Both the position numbers and the translations under genes were made by a program. Shown here piece after piece: positions 19,874 through 27,876 of a stretch of DNA of 64,000 nt. This DNA is from a virus. Each line of letters starts with the position of its first letter. The first letter of the stretch is position 1. Under the pieces are notes generated by a model. The model made no database searches. It saw nothing but the letters and a program-made list of their open reading frames with translations, and was not told the DNA's origin. The stretch is from positions 128,001 to 192,000 of the IMG/VR virus record IMGVR_UViG_3300045988_155520; one strand, given 5' to 3'.

Positions 19874-20185
19874 TTAATTAAAAATCATTTTCACAAATAA
19901 GATTATAATAATCATTTCTATAGCACCATACATAGTCCATAATGCATCCTTTTTATCTGGTATATTTCCTTTAAAGTATCTTGGGTCAAACCAATACTCT
20001 TTACCAAAGGCAAAAAAAGCCGTTATAAGCGTTGATATTGTTAAAGATGAGTAAACACCCACTCCTAATACTAATAATGCAACACAAGCTAAAAAAAACA
20101 CTAAAGAACCTACTTCTTTATGTATTAACTTATCTTTCTCTACATTATTTACTATCCAAGTGAAAAGTTTCGCTAATTTTTTCAT
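19874..20185 (-). CDS. small membrane protein (about 3 TM; holin-like is speculative)
   Basis: Hydrophobic stretches SLVFFLACVALLVLGVGVY, LTISTLITAFFAF and GAIEMIIIILFV. Confidence 0.5.
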   Translation of the reverse strand: MKKLAKLFTWIVNNVEKDKLIHKEVGSLVFFLACVALLVLGVGVYSSLTISTLITAFFAFGKEYWFDPRYFKGNIPDKKDALWTMYGAIEMIIIILFVKMIFN

Positions 20186-20187
20186 TA

Positions 20188-20499
20188 TTATTCCTTTCCT
20201 ACTATTTTCTTAAGTGCTTCATCAAGACCTGCTAATTTATCTTCTAAAGCCTTAACTCTTTTAGCTAAAGCACTTTCATCAGCTACCAATGAATCAGCAT
20301 ATTTAATCATTTGGACTGTAGATGAAAATGAAACTACTTTATCAGCACTGTTTTTTATAGTTAATGTTTCATATCCGTCAGCATAGTTAACAGCAATCTC
20401 TCCATAATCCAGTACTGAAGAATCTGGCAGTTTTGGCGTAACTACTCCACCAGCAGCCGTGTTCGTATCTTTTGATTTTAAATGAAGAATCTTTCCCAT
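20188..20499 (-). CDS. tail-fibre-associated protein
   Basis: GEIAVNYADGYETLTIKNSADKVVSF resembles the conserved N-terminal 'GELaVN...lyiKn..g.iv' motif of phage fibre proteins. The tail is a coiled coil. Confidence 0.45.
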   Translation of the reverse strand: MGKILHLKSKDTNTAAGGVVTPKLPDSSVLDYGEIAVNYADGYETLTIKNSADKVVSFSSTVQMIKYADSLVADESALAKRVKALEDKLAGLDEALKKIVGKE

Positions 20500-20580
20500 A
20501 ATCGTTTATTTATATATTCAATCTTTTTATAAAAAATAATGTTCTGTTATATGTTATAAATATTTGTTTAAACGTTATTT

Positions 20581-20618
20581 AAACAAAAGAGGTGCACTTT
20601 ATAGGAAGCACACCTCTT
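20581..20618 (-). terminator. rho-independent terminator after the fibre gene
   Basis: On the minus strand, aagaggtg...cacctctt forms an 8-bp stem followed by TTTTGTTT. Confidence 0.5.
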
Positions 20619-20634
20619 GAAAAATAATTAGTTT

Positions 20635-22440
20635 TTAATAAGTACCTCCATCAACACTCTTTAATATAAGTGTGCCATCAGCAGCAAAACCAAAGTTAGC
20701 TATGTTCTCCTCTGTTACTACATCAGCTGCTTTAACAGAAACCTTAGAAGGGTCGTCAGTAGCAACCTTGATACCATCTCCAGCCTTTACAGAAGAACTC
20801 TTGCTGTCTATTGTTGCGTAAAGTTTAGCAATAGCAGCATTGATAGTATCACCCTCAGCAGGTTCAGCAGCGGTTGCTGTTGCGTAGTTCTTCAATGTAA
20901 TAGTACTACCATCTATAACTAACTTAGCGGTAGAAATCTTATCAGAATTTTTAGTCACAGATACTTCTGAATCATTCAAAAGAATCTTATCAAGTTTAGT
21001 ATCTTTTAAATCATTCAAAGAAGCAGCAACTACTTCCTCATTCTTCATGATTTCTTCCTCTATATTTTTAACAGCCTGAGTTACAGTACTATTTTCGGTT
21101 ATACCAGTGAAACCCTTTGTATCGGCTGTAAAGCCTTTTAATTTAACATTATCACCAGCAACATTATCAGATACTGTAAATACTTTACCGCCATCAGTAC
21201 CAGCACTTTCTACTACAGATACGTGTTGATTAGTATCAGCAGAAACAGTTACGGCTGCATTTTTCTTAGCATTTTCAATAGCAGTCTTAACACCTGTTAA
21301 CTTAATACCATTCTCATCTACAGTAAGATATTCTTCTGAATCAGTAGCTAATTTAACAGAAACTTCTCCAGCCAGACTTACCTGAAGACCAGATTTAAAC
21401 TCTGACTGAGCTAAAAGGGTTGAACAATCAACATATACTGTTTGGTCAACACCGTTTACATCAACATAAACATATTTTAAGAATTGACCAGCTGTGTGTG
21501 CTTCATTTTCAGCAACAAGTTCAAGAGATTTTAAAGAACTGTCTTTGTAAATTTTAATATGTTGACCTTCTGCAAGGTCTACACCGTCTTTACCTACGAT
21601 TGTGTACTCCTCTTTAACGGATGTATCTGTTGGAGTTACAGTTGAGAAAGTTACATAAGCATATAAAGCATTATTTTTATCCTTAGCAAGAATCTTATCG
21701 TCCGCATTAATACTAACGCTTGCCTTAGCAGCATTATTCTCAATTTTAGACAAAGCCTGGGCAATGGTATCATCTTCTGATATTGCACCCTCTTCTGTAC
21801 CTTTAGCAAAACCTTTCAGTTTCACATCTTTAACAGGGGTTTTTACAGCAGCTACTTTACCATTTTCCTGTGCTACAGAAGTAATAATAGAACCTTCTTC
21901 AGCTACAGCAGCAAGTGTCATACCTGTAGTTGCATCTTTAATTTTCTTGTCAACTGAACCAGCAGTAGAATCATCACCATTTAAAGTTGCAAGTTCATCT
22001 TCTAACTCTTTCACAGTCTTAGTAGCTGCGCCTTTTAATTCTGAAACTGCATTATCAGCATATTTTTTAGCACCTAATACAGACTCACTATCCTTGGTGT
22101 CATTAGCGGTATCACCTTTAAGTGCAGCTATAGCTTTTGCTACAGTATCAGTTGCTGAAAAACCGTCACCTAATTTAGCTTTCAATTCATTCAGTGCCAA
22201 ATCAGTTACAGAACCTGCAGAACCGTCTGTTAAAAGTGTATAAGAAGATTTTTCATCAGTTGTGTGGAAAAGTGCCAGAAGTGTTTTCACTTCTGCACCT
22301 TCTTTATATCGTCCAAGAACAGGAACACCGTCCTTGACACTCTTGTTAGTTGCAAATTCATCCAATTTAGCGATAGCTTCCTCTCTTGTATTAGAGGGTA
22401 TTAAGTTTCTGAATAACTGAATATGTTTATTTAAAGTCAT
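20635..22440 (-). CDS. tail fibre / receptor-binding protein with internal repeats
   Basis: 601-aa Ala/Thr/Val/Lys-rich ORF. Units such as VKLKGFAKGTEEGAISEDDTIAQALSKIE and VKLKGFTADTKGFTGITENSTVTQAVKNIE are reiterated. G+C looks higher than in flanking genes (by eye). Confidence 0.6.
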   Translation of the reverse strand: MTLNKHIQLFRNLIPSNTREEAIAKLDEFATNKSVKDGVPVLGRYKEGAEVKTLLALFHTTDEKSSYTLLTDGSAGSVTDLALNELKAKLGDGFSATDTVAKAIAALKGDTANDTKDSESVLGAKKYADNAVSELKGAATKTVKELEDELATLNGDDSTAGSVDKKIKDATTGMTLAAVAEEGSIITSVAQENGKVAAVKTPVKDVKLKGFAKGTEEGAISEDDTIAQALSKIENNAAKASVSINADDKILAKDKNNALYAYVTFSTVTPTDTSVKEEYTIVGKDGVDLAEGQHIKIYKDSSLKSLELVAENEAHTAGQFLKYVYVDVNGVDQTVYVDCSTLLAQSEFKSGLQVSLAGEVSVKLATDSEEYLTVDENGIKLTGVKTAIENAKKNAAVTVSADTNQHVSVVESAGTDGGKVFTVSDNVAGDNVKLKGFTADTKGFTGITENSTVTQAVKNIEEEIMKNEEVVAASLNDLKDTKLDKILLNDSEVSVTKNSDKISTAKLVIDGSTITLKNYATATAAEPAEGDTINAAIAKLYATIDSKSSSVKAGDGIKVATDDPSKVSVKAADVVTEENIANFGFAADGTLILKSVDGGTY

Positions 22441-22468
22441 ATAATTATAATAAATTATTTATTTGTTA

Positions 22469-23032
22469 TTAATAAGTGTCTTTTTCAGGTTTACCCTCGA
22501 TATCCAAAGTATCTTTTAAATCATCTACAATGTTTTTTAAAGATTGAATATCACTATTAAGTTCCTGAACTTTAGCATCATAAACCGATTTCTGAACAAC
22601 ATCACCGATAATATCTTGTACATCAACCTCTAAATTACTTCCGCCTGTAACAACGAATGTTATTTTCTTCGTTATAGGATTATAGGAAGCTGATTGTATA
22701 ACATTATTTGTAGGTATATCAATATTTCCTATTTCATTTTCGCCTTGTTTTACAACATAGCGTTTAGATACACCAGTAGGTGCAACTCCATCTAATAAAG
22801 AGATAGTAGAAGCGGTATTTGCACTTAAAGCTGCAATAGCTGCATCTTGTTCCTTATTCTTATTCTCTAATGATTGTTCTTTATTATCTTGTTCAGTATT
22901 TTTATATTTAATACTGTTTATGTCTGCGGTGTAATCTTTATTTTCCGTGTAAGAGCCGATACTTAGTCCTTTAAATTCGTCCTGTTCTCGATAATCGTAT
23001 GCTATTAACGGATTAATTTTTCTTTTAGCCAT
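22469..23032 (-). CDS. tail-fibre module protein
   Basis: Track ORF sitting between two fibre-like genes. Confidence 0.5.
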   Translation of the reverse strand: MAKRKINPLIAYDYREQDEFKGLSIGSYTENKDYTADINSIKYKNTEQDNKEQSLENKNKEQDAAIAALSANTASTISLLDGVAPTGVSKRYVVKQGENEIGNIDIPTNNVIQSASYNPITKKITFVVTGGSNLEVDVQDIIGDVVQKSVYDAKVQELNSDIQSLKNIVDDLKDTLDIEGKPEKDTY

Positions 23033-23043
23033 ATATTAAATAT

Positions 23044-24879
23044 TTATCTACTTTCTAAAGTTTTAATTCTTTCATCCATCTTATGAATTAATCTTACTAA
23101 TTCATTTTGGAAGTCATAATCTGCAAATGCTTCATGCATACGCTTGTGAAGTACATCGAGAATACCGTTACCAGAGTTATCATAGTTAGCAATGCCTGTT
23201 TCAACATTCTTCAACTCTGATATATAACCTATGTCTTTCGTCAACTTAGTAATCTTCTCAGTTGCTTCAATAAGTTTAGCATCATACTCTCGTTTTAAAT
23301 CGTTTTTCAGTTGAAGTAATTTAGCTTCTACTTCTGGTTTAGAATATACATCTTCTTTGTTAGCTTTATCCCCATCAAGTTTATTAATATCACGAACGAG
23401 GTCGTCCACATTTAGTTCTTTAGCTTTAATGTTAGATTTCCATTTATCTTTCAATAAAGATGTAAGTGGACTAAGTTTCTCATCAAGTTGTGATTCATCT
23501 ACTTTGCCAGCAAGTTTATCATTTAAAACTCTAACTTTATTATCAACAGCAGTAACTTCGTCACGAGTTGCACCGCTAAGTAAAGGCATATACTTATTAG
23601 CTGCTTCCGTCTTGGTTAATAATGTAGGTGATAAGTTTTCTAAAGCATCAACTCTTGCATTTGTGTTATCAAGATTGTCTTTAGTGGCTTTAGAAGCGAC
23701 ATCATTCCTTAATGCTGCTATTGTATCATTAGCCTCAGTTAAAGCCGTTAAATCAGCTTTATTGCGGTTTAAAGTGTTTAAAGTTACTTCCGTTGCGCCA
23801 CTGTAGTTAGCAAATTCATTTTTATCAAGTTTACCGTCTACAACTACCTTTAATGCGTTAAGTTGCTGTCTTTGAACATCTATATTTACTGTATTACCGC
23901 TGATTTTAGTTGATAACTCATTATTCTTATCATCTATACCTCTATTAAGATTACGTAAAGAATCCTCAATATCTGTTTTGTTAGCTTTTACGTTATCCAA
24001 ACGTGTTAACTCAGTATGTACGCCACGTAAATCCTCAGCATTAGTATCAATAAGAGCTTTGAGTTTATCATCTTCCTCTTTACGTACTAATTTTTCATTA
24101 TCAAGATTTTCTTTCTGCGCCTGTATTTTACCTTCAGTATCAACAAAACGAGATGTAACATCATTACCAAGTGCATCTATTCTATCACTTAGTCCTTTCT
24201 CTTTGGTGTCTACCGTTGCAGAAAGAGTATCAATACTACCCTTAAGTTCATTTTCTTTAGTAGTTGCTCTTGTCACTTCTTCCTGAAGTGCGTCTGTATT
24301 TACTTTCTCTGCACCTTTTGCACGTTCAATCTCTTCTGATAGAGCCAACTTATCTGCCTTATCAGAGAATAAATCTATAATACCCTTGCTATTCTTAGCA
24401 ACAGTATCTTTCAAATCACCAAATGTGCAAACATTCTGATTAATATCATCAATAACATCGTAAATACCATTTACAACATCATTAATCGTTTTTACTGATT
24501 CAAGTGGTGCGTACTTACCATCACTTTCTTCTTTAGTATAGTACTTGTCAGGGAATCCGTCTACTTTTTTTGACAATTCAGAAATAGTGTCAGATAATTT
24601 ACCCTCACCTGCAAGTGCATCTATTTTTTCTTTTATAGAATCAATATCATTGGTATTATGTTGTACCTTATCACCTAAATCAGCAATCTTATTAGTGTTA
24701 TTATTAACAGAATCAATAGTTGCCGTAATAGCTGTTTCTACTTGACCAAACTTTCCGTTCAAGTCACCAATTTCTTTATCCTGTCTATCATCAGTGTTAT
24801 GATTAACACTGCAACCACAACCGAAAGAAAAAGGATTAAGTAGATTGCTTTCTCTATATGCCCAATAATTTAAAGCCAT
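23044..24879 (-). CDS. long coiled-coil fibre protein
   Basis: 611-aa ORF with heptad-like, Asp/Lys/Leu/Asn-rich repeats and recurrent K(A/T)(D/N)K..(L/I) segments. CGCS lies near the N-terminus. Confidence 0.6.
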   Translation of the reverse strand: MALNYWAYRESNLLNPFSFGCGCSVNHNTDDRQDKEIGDLNGKFGQVETAITATIDSVNNNTNKIADLGDKVQHNTNDIDSIKEKIDALAGEGKLSDTISELSKKVDGFPDKYYTKEESDGKYAPLESVKTINDVVNGIYDVIDDINQNVCTFGDLKDTVAKNSKGIIDLFSDKADKLALSEEIERAKGAEKVNTDALQEEVTRATTKENELKGSIDTLSATVDTKEKGLSDRIDALGNDVTSRFVDTEGKIQAQKENLDNEKLVRKEEDDKLKALIDTNAEDLRGVHTELTRLDNVKANKTDIEDSLRNLNRGIDDKNNELSTKISGNTVNIDVQRQQLNALKVVVDGKLDKNEFANYSGATEVTLNTLNRNKADLTALTEANDTIAALRNDVASKATKDNLDNTNARVDALENLSPTLLTKTEAANKYMPLLSGATRDEVTAVDNKVRVLNDKLAGKVDESQLDEKLSPLTSLLKDKWKSNIKAKELNVDDLVRDINKLDGDKANKEDVYSKPEVEAKLLQLKNDLKREYDAKLIEATEKITKLTKDIGYISELKNVETGIANYDNSGNGILDVLHKRMHEAFADYDFQNELVRLIHKMDERIKTLESR

Positions 24880-24954
24880 TATGTATACGTTGTTTATAAT
24901 ATTTATTACATATAAATATTTATATAATAGGTAAAACGTGCCAATTTAATCAAA

Positions 24955-25185
24955 ATGGAGAAAATTAAATTTCAAGAAGGAGATTACATCATTAATAGAA
25001 AATGTGGTGATATGGCTATATTTGACAAAGTTGATAAAAAAGGCTACATCTGGTTCAAGAAATATTATGGTAAAATGTTTCAAGAATTTAAAGATATAAC
25101 AAAATTCACTTTACAAATAAATTACCAAAAGTTCTATGATATATGTACACCAGAAGAAAAAGATATATTTAAAAAGATATTATGA
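24955..25185 (+). CDS. hypothetical protein
   Basis: Track ORF whose stop overlaps the next start (ATGA). Confidence 0.5.
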   Translation: MEKIKFQEGDYIINRKCGDMAIFDKVDKKGYIWFKKYYGKMFQEFKDITKFTLQINYQKFYDICTPEEKDIFKKIL

Positions 25186-25637
25186 AACATTTAACAGAAT
25201 GTATTATTAAAAATATTATAACAGAAATATCTGGACATAATATATTATATATTGGTTTGTTACTTGATGACAAATCAAAAGATAGACTATTAAATATTAC
25301 AGAAAGTGTAGTCGGAAATTGTGCAATTAAAGATGCTAAAATATTCTGTCATCACATGACCATTGCTTTTAAAAATAACATAAGTCAAGGACTTTTAGAG
25401 TGGGCGGAAGAACATGAAGGGGAAGAATATGAAATAATTGTCAACAAGATAGGTTTAAGTAATAAAGCGTGTGCTGTTAGTATAAAAACAGATTGTCCAT
25501 CGCTTAATCAAATAAAACATATCACACTGTTTACTCATAATGGTGGTAAACCCGTAGATAGTAACTATATAGAAGACTGGGACTTTGTTACACCATTTAA
25601 ATTAAATGGTTACATTAAAATAGTACGTAAATTTTAA
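25182..25637 (+). CDS. 2H phosphoesterase superfamily protein (LigT/Acb1-like size and motifs)
   Basis: 151 aa with two H-x-T motifs: H58-M-T60 (CHHMTIAF) and H113-I-T115 (KHITLFTH). Confidence 0.5.
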   Translation: MKHLTECIIKNIITEISGHNILYIGLLLDDKSKDRLLNITESVVGNCAIKDAKIFCHHMTIAFKNNISQGLLEWAEEHEGEEYEIIVNKIGLSNKACAVSIKTDCPSLNQIKHITLFTHNGGKPVDSNYIEDWDFVTPFKLNGYIKIVRKF

Positions 25638-25654
25638 TTAATTAACGGTTTAAA

Positions 25655-25686
25655 TTTGCATATAATAAAAAATTTATATACTTTTG
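25655..25686 (+). promoter_or_regulatory. Bacteroidota-type promoter (TTTG-N20-TACTTTTG)
   Basis: TTTG at 25655..25658 and TACTTTTG at 25679..25686, 26 nt upstream of the ATG at 25713. Confidence 0.55.
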
Positions 25687-25712
25687 CAAATCAAATATTC
25701 ACATAAATAGAT

Positions 25713-25832
25713 ATGGAAAAGATAAAAGATTTTATTTCGTGTATGATTTCTCCTACGGCATTCATGTTAATGTGTTTTGTGCTTATTATATTTTATCTAT
25801 TGATACAATTCACAATAAAGATAGTTTTATAG
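25713..25832 (+). CDS. small membrane peptide (39 aa)
   Basis: Hand translation gives MEKIKDFISCMISPTAFMLMCFVLIIFYLLIQFTIKIVL*. It is preceded by a promoter. Confidence 0.35.
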   Translation: MEKIKDFISCMISPTAFMLMCFVLIIFYLLIQFTIKIVL

Positions 25833-25845
25833 ATTTTAAATAGTT

Positions 25846-25989
25846 ATGTATATTAGTTACGAAGAATACAAACGCATTAAAGAAGAATTGTATAGAAGGA
25901 TGCGTGGTGAGCTAACTGAAGAAGAGAAGAAACAGAAAGAAGAAACCGAAAAATCGGCTAAACGCTTTGATATAATTTGGGAATTATAG
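25846..25989 (+). CDS. small charged protein (47 aa)
   Basis: Hand translation gives MYISYEEYKRIKEELYRRMRGELTEEEKKQKEETEKSAKRFDIIWEL*. Confidence 0.3.
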   Translation: MYISYEEYKRIKEELYRRMRGELTEEEKKQKEETEKSAKRFDIIWEL

Positions 25990-26065
25990 TTTTATGATAG
26001 CATAAGTTATTGTAAATAAGAAGATTATAGTTTACTCACGACAATTATTTCGGTAGCAAAAGTTA

Positions 26066-26091
26066 AAAGGAGGTTTTCACACCTCCTTTTT
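26066..26091 (+). terminator. hairpin with T-run ending the short + strand unit
   Basis: aaaggaggt-tttcac-acctccttt followed by tt. It overlaps the last codons of the minus-strand endonuclease gene. Confidence 0.45.
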
Positions 26092-27789
26092 CCATATATA
26101 TCTAAACAAACCGCAGTCCCATATTTTATATGCACCAATTTCTTTCGTCATTTCATTCTCTGTTAATGATAAAGGTAAACCGTATTTCTTATGTAATTTA
26201 CTTTTTCTAAAATTGAATTTATGTAATCTATGTGTAGAACTGACTGACGGCATATAATAACGATAATCTGGCGGTAATGTTTTATCTAACTTAAATCCAA
26301 GTAATGTATATAAATTACTATCAGGCATTAATGTCCATCTTCTATCTGCAAATGTCTTGATAAAAGTAGGGTTATATGAATTAAAGAAATATTTAAACAT
26401 CTTTCCACCGATACCAGAACAATTATATTGAATATCACTTGCAAATCTGGTTAAATTCCAAGCATTATCATTCTCTTTCAAAAAAGACATAACACCAACT
26501 AATTTCTCATTAAAGAAACATCCTAAATAAATTGATGATGAAACAAACCCTTGTATATGGTTATTATTCAAAAATGTTTCCGCTACATTCTTATCAATCT
26601 CATTAATATAACACTTTCTACCGTAAATCTTAGGAAAATCCTTATTACATTTAACTATATGTAAAATTTTGTTTAAAACTAATTCTTTATTATTTATAAA
26701 TTCATCTTCAAAGATTGTTATCAAATTAATTCCTTTATCATTACATCTCTGTAATTTATCAAGATGATATGTCTTATCAACACCACATAATTCCGAATGC
26801 CATCTAATTCCATTATATTCTATTGCAATATTCAAAGACGGTATATAAATATCTAATTCTTTTCCATTAAGTACTTTTCTATCATGTCTAATAAATTCAA
26901 CAGATAAATGTTCTTCCAAAAAATTATAGATTTCAGTTTCTGCTTTTGAAACTAAATTAGCACATTTAGGACAACCACTTCCTCTTAAATGATTGCGTGG
27001 GTCTTGAGTAAATAAACCATGTGTAGGACAAACGATATTTACTAAATTCTTTCTATTGATATATCCAATATTTTCATAAGAATACTTATCGTTATGAATA
27101 ATATTAGCTTGATTAATAAAATCATCTGTTCTTTTTAATAAAGATAATTTACTCTTTTCAACTTCATTTAATTTGTTATTCTCAACCTTACATAGTGGAC
27201 ATCCATGACCTTTTAAATGTAATATTGGTAACTGATAAAAAAGACCATGTTCTTTACAAATTATAGCAATCTTTGTCCTTGCGTTAACATAATTAACTTT
27301 AGTGTAATCATACTTATCTCCATGAATTGTCTTAGCTTCTTGAATCCATGATTCAGTATCATAAGTCTTACAGAACTTACTATAACAAGAACATCCATGT
27401 CCAGCTAAATGACTATTAGGAAGTTGGTAGAATACATTACTACAATTCTTGCATATTATTTTTACTTTTGTCTTAGCATCCTTATAACATGCTTCTGAAT
27501 AATCATACTTATCTCCATGAACAGAAATTGCTTCAGAAATAAATTCTTCCGTTGTTTTTTTCTTTCTACCACCAGCATGAGGTGAGTTTGTGTGAATGAT
27601 TTTAATCTGTTCTATATTACTCTGTTTCCCTATCTTCTTCATAGGGATAGAATTATTCAACAGAATATTTTTAACTTTAACTTTTCCAATATGAAATTTA
27701 TCGGCAATATAATTGACACCATGATTTGTTGATGTATATATATTGCAAATCTCTTTTTCTTGTTCGGATGTTAAAGTAATCTTTTTCAT
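26077..27789 (-). CDS. free-standing homing-endonuclease-like protein (HTH, three Zn-ribbon repeats, Vsr/PD-(D/E)xK-like core and a C-terminal domain)
   Basis: The start is taken at MKKITLT (27789). Three repeats of ...HGDKYDYS..Y....K..I.C..HG.F.Q.P..HL.G.GCP.C are followed by ELDIYIPSLNIAIEYNGIRWHSE, a Vsr-like nuclease core. The hydrophobic 12-aa track extension reads through the promoter. Confidence 0.65.
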   Translation of the reverse strand: MKKITLTSEQEKEICNIYTSTNHGVNYIADKFHIGKVKVKNILLNNSIPMKKIGKQSNIEQIKIIHTNSPHAGGRKKKTTEEFISEAISVHGDKYDYSEACYKDAKTKVKIICKNCSNVFYQLPNSHLAGHGCSCYSKFCKTYDTESWIQEAKTIHGDKYDYTKVNYVNARTKIAIICKEHGLFYQLPILHLKGHGCPLCKVENNKLNEVEKSKLSLLKRTDDFINQANIIHNDKYSYENIGYINRKNLVNIVCPTHGLFTQDPRNHLRGSGCPKCANLVSKAETEIYNFLEEHLSVEFIRHDRKVLNGKELDIYIPSLNIAIEYNGIRWHSELCGVDKTYHLDKLQRCNDKGINLITIFEDEFINNKELVLNKILHIVKCNKDFPKIYGRKCYINEIDKNVAETFLNNNHIQGFVSSSIYLGCFFNEKLVGVMSFLKENDNAWNLTRFASDIQYNCSGIGGKMFKYFFNSYNPTFIKTFADRRWTLMPDSNLYTLLGFKLDKTLPPDYRYYMPSVSSTHRLHKFNFRKSKLHKKYGLPLSLTENEMTKEIGAYKIWDCGLFRYIWKKEV

Positions 27790-27794
27790 GTTTG

Positions 27795-27826
27795 CAAAGA
27801 TACAAATAAAAAATAAAAGAAACAAA
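27795..27826 (-). promoter_or_regulatory. Bacteroidota-type promoter only 5 nt from the ATG (near-leaderless)
   Basis: On the minus strand, TTTG lies at 27826..27823 and TATCTTTG at 27802..27795, followed by CAAAC and the ATG at 27789. Confidence 0.55.
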
Positions 27827-27854
27827 AAAGAGAGGAACTTTTGATTCCTCTCTT
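27821..27854 (-). terminator. rho-independent terminator after the major capsid gene
   Basis: On the minus strand, aagagaggaa-N7-ttcctctctt forms a 10-bp perfect stem followed by TTTTTTGTT. Confidence 0.8.
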
Positions 27855-27876
27855 AATATTTCGTAAACCTTTCGGC

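Noticed and set aside
21764-22243. Long antisense ORFs opposite strong genes. Examples: 21764..22243, 23357..23806, 23978..24286, 24545..24745, 36243..36545, 36993..37349, 43532..43915, 16604..17086, 11790..12275, 31905..32486, 32038..32325, 27841..28071.
   Set aside because: Each lies entirely inside a longer ORF with recognisable protein motifs on the other strand. Their products are low-complexity Ser/Pro/Leu/Phe-rich strings, typical of shadow frames of Asp/Glu/Gly/Lys-rich genes.
20635-24879. Diversity-generating retroelement acting on the fibre or LRR genes.
   Set aside because: No reverse-transcriptase ORF and no template/variable repeat pair were seen in the window. The repeats inside the fibre gene are diverged protein-level repeats.
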